Shown here one piece after another: positions 35,058 to 37,548 of a stretch of 37,548 nucleotides of DNA. This DNA comes from an uncultured Syntrophus sp. GTDB lineage: Bacteria > Desulfobacterota > Syntrophia > Syntrophales > UBA5619. The stretch lies in the NCBI GenBank assembly GCA_964403345.1, contig CAYOGU010000001.1:1-37548 (forward strand). The letters run 5' to 3'. The notes beneath the pieces were generated by a model that was not told the DNA's origin, searched no databases, and saw nothing but the letters and a program-made list of their open reading frames with translations. Every line of letters starts with the position of its first letter. Position 1 is the stretch's first letter. Made by a program: the position numbers and the translations under genes.

Positions 35058-36923
35058 CTACCTCCTCTTGAACATCCGTTCCAGATCGGCCAACGGGATG
35101 TGGATGGCCAGGGGCCGTCCATGGGGGCAGGTGGCGGAGTGGGGCAGGGCGTCCAGATCCTTGAGGAGTGCGGCCGCCTCCTGAGGACTCAGGCTGCGGT
35201 TGGCCTTGATCGCCCCGCGGCAGGCCAGGGCCGTGTGGATCTTCTCCCTCCGATCATCGAGGGACTGGCCGCGGTCCGTTTCGGAACAGTCGGCGATCAG
35301 ATCGAGGACCAGCGTCCTGGCCTCGGCCGGGGGCCAGAAGGCGGGAACGGACTTGACGACGACGGAATCCCCGCCGAAGGGCTCGACCTCCAGGCCGGCC
35401 TCTCCCAGGATCGGGGCGGCATCGGTCAGGAAGGCGCAATCCCGCGGGGGAAGGCTCACCACCTCGGGCAGGAGGAGGCGCTGGCCGATCCCCCAGCCCA
35501 CGGCCGTCCGCCGCTGGAGCCTCTCGAAGAGGATCCTTTCGTGGGCCGCGTGCTGATCGACGAGGGTGATCCCCTCGGCACCGGCCAGGATCAGGTAGGT
35601 CCCGGCCGCCTGTCCCAGGTAGGTCAGGGCGGATAAACCGGCCCCCGGCTCCGATCCCTCGATACGCGGAGCGCCGGGGACCGGCCGTGCCTCCCGTTTT
35701 GTCTCCGCCGCCCGCCTCGCATCTTCCGCCCCTTCCCCGTTGCCGGGGGCGGCAGACGGAGCAGGAGGGGCGGGGAAAACCGTCCCGGGCGGCGAAACGG
35801 ACGCTGCGAAAAAGAGCTTCCGGGTCCCCGACGAGACCCGGTAACGCTTCAGGGCCTCCTCGATGCGATCGCCGTAGGCCGCCGTCCCGGCCTGGGGCGC
35901 TGCACCGGAACTTGACGGACTTCCCGGCGCCGGGGCCGACCCGATGGCGGCGACCACGGCCTCGACGACGAGGCCGTAAATCTCCCGGGGGTTCCTGAAG
36001 CGGACCTCCATCTTGGTGGGGTGGACATTCACGTCCACGTCCTCCGGCGCCACCTCCAGGGCCAGGACGACCGCCGGATAGCGCCTCGGCTCGATCAGAC
36101 GCCGGTAGGCGGTCATGACGGCGTGATTCAGGAGGTAGTCTTTCACGAACCGGCCGTTCGCGTAGAGATAGATATGGGCGGTGCCGGAGCGGGTGAACTC
36201 GGGCCGGGAGACGAACCCGCGGAGTGTCGCGCCGTCCCTCTGGCCCGCCACCGGGACCATCTGACTCTGAAAATCGGGCCCCAAGACAAGGGCGATCCGT
36301 TCGGAGATGTCCTGGACGGCCGGGATGCTCAGGAGCTGTCGGGTGGGGGAGGAGACCCGGATCCGGACGCCGCCCTGGAGGAGGGCCAGGCGGGTGATCG
36401 CATCGAGGCAGTACCCCTGCTCGGTCGCCTCGCTCTTGAGGAACTTCCGGCGGACAGGGACCGGATCGAAGATCCGGCTGACGAGGACCGAGGTGCCGAC
36501 GGGGCAGCCCGCGTCGGAAAGCTCCAGGACCTTCCCCCCCTCGACCACCATCCGGATCCCCGCGGGCGACGGGGCGCGCCGGGTCAGCATCTCCACCCGG
36601 GCGATCGAGGCGATGCTGGCCAGGGCCTCGCCGCGGAATCCGAAGGACCGGACCTGGTAGATCTCCTCGAATGTGCCGATCTTGCTCGTGGCGTAACGGG
36701 CGAAGGCCAGGCGCACATCCTCGGCGACGATCCCCTCCCCGTTGTCGGCCACGCGGATGGATTGACAGCCGCCCTTCTCCAGTTCCACGACGACTTCCGT
36801 GGCGCCGGCGTCCAGGGCGTTTTCCATGAGCTCCTTCACAATGGAGGCCGGCCGCTCGACCACTTCGCCCGCGGCGATTCGATGGGTCAGGGTTTCCGGC
36901 AGGACTGCGATTCTACCTGGCAA
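35058..36923 (-). CDS. mutL: DNA mismatch repair protein MutL
   Basis: 621 aa. GHKL ATPase motifs 'VVKELMENALDAGA' and 'DNGEGI', plus a C-terminal dimerisation domain. TTG start at 36923 is preceded by GGGAGGAG. Confidence 0.9.
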   Translation of the reverse strand: MPGRIAVLPETLTHRIAAGEVVERPASIVKELMENALDAGATEVVVELEKGGCQSIRVADNGEGIVAEDVRLAFARYATSKIGTFEEIYQVRSFGFRGEALASIASIARVEMLTRRAPSPAGIRMVVEGGKVLELSDAGCPVGTSVLVSRIFDPVPVRRKFLKSEATEQGYCLDAITRLALLQGGVRIRVSSPTRQLLSIPAVQDISERIALVLGPDFQSQMVPVAGQRDGATLRGFVSRPEFTRSGTAHIYLYANGRFVKDYLLNHAVMTAYRRLIEPRRYPAVVLALEVAPEDVDVNVHPTKMEVRFRNPREIYGLVVEAVVAAIGSAPAPGSPSSSGAAPQAGTAAYGDRIEEALKRYRVSSGTRKLFFAASVSPPGTVFPAPPAPSAAPGNGEGAEDARRAAETKREARPVPGAPRIEGSEPGAGLSALTYLGQAAGTYLILAGAEGITLVDQHAAHERILFERLQRRTAVGWGIGQRLLLPEVVSLPPRDCAFLTDAAPILGEAGLEVEPFGGDSVVVKSVPAFWPPAEARTLVLDLIADCSETDRGQSLDDRREKIHTALACRGAIKANRSLSPQEAAALLKDLDALPHSATCPHGRPLAIHIPLADLERMFKRR

Positions 36924-37003
36924 TGCTTCTCCTCCCGAGGTCCTGGGATGTCCGGATATCCGATTTCCCCGAACGCCGGATATCCCTCCCCTCCCCGCGG
37001 ATT

Positions 37004-37548
37004 CTACCTGCGGTAGCCTGCGTGCTCCAGATATTCCTGAAGGGCGATCTGCCAGGGGGGCAGGGCCTTGCCGGTCTGGGCAAAGAACTTACGGCCGCTC
37101 AGGACGCTCCAGGCTCCGTGGGGCACCGCTCCCGACCGCTCCGCGGAGCGGATCGGTCGGACGGTCACGTCGCACCGTCCCGAATAGTGCAGGGCCTTGC
37201 AGGCCAGCTCGTAGAGGCTGCAACGGCCCCGGTTGGCCACATGGAAGATCCCCCTGTGTCCGCCTTCGACCAGTACCCGGACCGCGGCCGCCAGATCGCT
37301 GCTGGAGGTTGGGGAGCCGATCCGGTCCTCGGCGGCCTCCAGATCCTTGGCGTTTTTGGCCTTCTCCAGGATGTCCCGGACGAGGTTCCCGCCATGCCGT
37401 CCGAAGAGCCAGGCCGTCCGGATCAGGAGGTAGGGCTCGGCGAAGGCCTGGAGAAACCGCTCGCCTTCCAGCCTGGAGGCGCCGTAGACGCCCAAAGGCG
37501 CCGGCTCGTCCTCCTCCTGATAGGGAGTCTCCTTCCGCCCATCGAAGA
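37004..37548 (-). CDS. dTDP-4-dehydrorhamnose reductase-like SDR (RmlD family), 5'-truncated by the window edge
   Basis: The reading frame stays open to the window end ('FDGRKETPYQEEDEPAPLGVYGASRLEGE...'). The RmlD-like motif reads Y-x3-R here rather than the usual Y-x3-K. Confidence 0.6.
   Translation of the reverse strand, partial: FDGRKETPYQEEDEPAPLGVYGASRLEGERFLQAFAEPYLLIRTAWLFGRHGGNLVRDILEKAKNAKDLEAAEDRIGSPTSSSDLAAAVRVLVEGGHRGIFHVANRGRCSLYELACKALHYSGRCDVTVRPIRSAERSGAVPHGAWSVLSGRKFFAQTGKALPPWQIALQEYLEHAGYRR

Overview
High-GC (roughly 60-65%) bacterial chromosomal window. All 33 credible coding regions lie on the minus strand, and the long plus-strand ORFs are antisense shadows. Product calls rest on motifs I recognise in the translations; no database search was possible. 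There are three blocks. (1) 175-13896 holds two corrinoid methyltransferase sets: URO-D-type methyltransferases (one fused to its corrinoid protein), a stand-alone corrinoid protein, two pterin-binding methyl-THF methyltransferase paralogs and a DUF1638 protein. They surround a DctPQM TRAP importer and are contiguous with metF(-metV fusion), folD and fhs. This reads as import of a methylated organic acid, demethylation, and oxidation of the methyl group to formate. (2) 14286-26499 holds two small membrane proteins, a second TRAP system with a Tat-signal binding protein, GlcD/E/F-like 2-hydroxyacid dehydrogenase subunits, a CitE/HpcH CoA-ester lyase, and a SucCD-like acyl-CoA synthetase split by a small Cys-rich ferredoxin-like gene. 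A near-consensus sigma-54 promoter with an IHF-type site and three GTGC-N7-GCAC palindromes lies upstream at 26746-27027. I interpret this block as a candidate glycolate/glyoxylate malyl-CoA-type module, and its co-directional linkage to the C1 block is the most interesting feature of the window. (3) 27148-37548 is housekeeping: Cam-type gamma carbonic anhydrase, coaE, coaX, birA, nadC, valS, miaA, mutL and a partial rmlD-like gene. Several structured palindromic extragenic elements sit inside operon gaps. I saw no rRNA, tRNA, CRISPR array, transposase or integrase.
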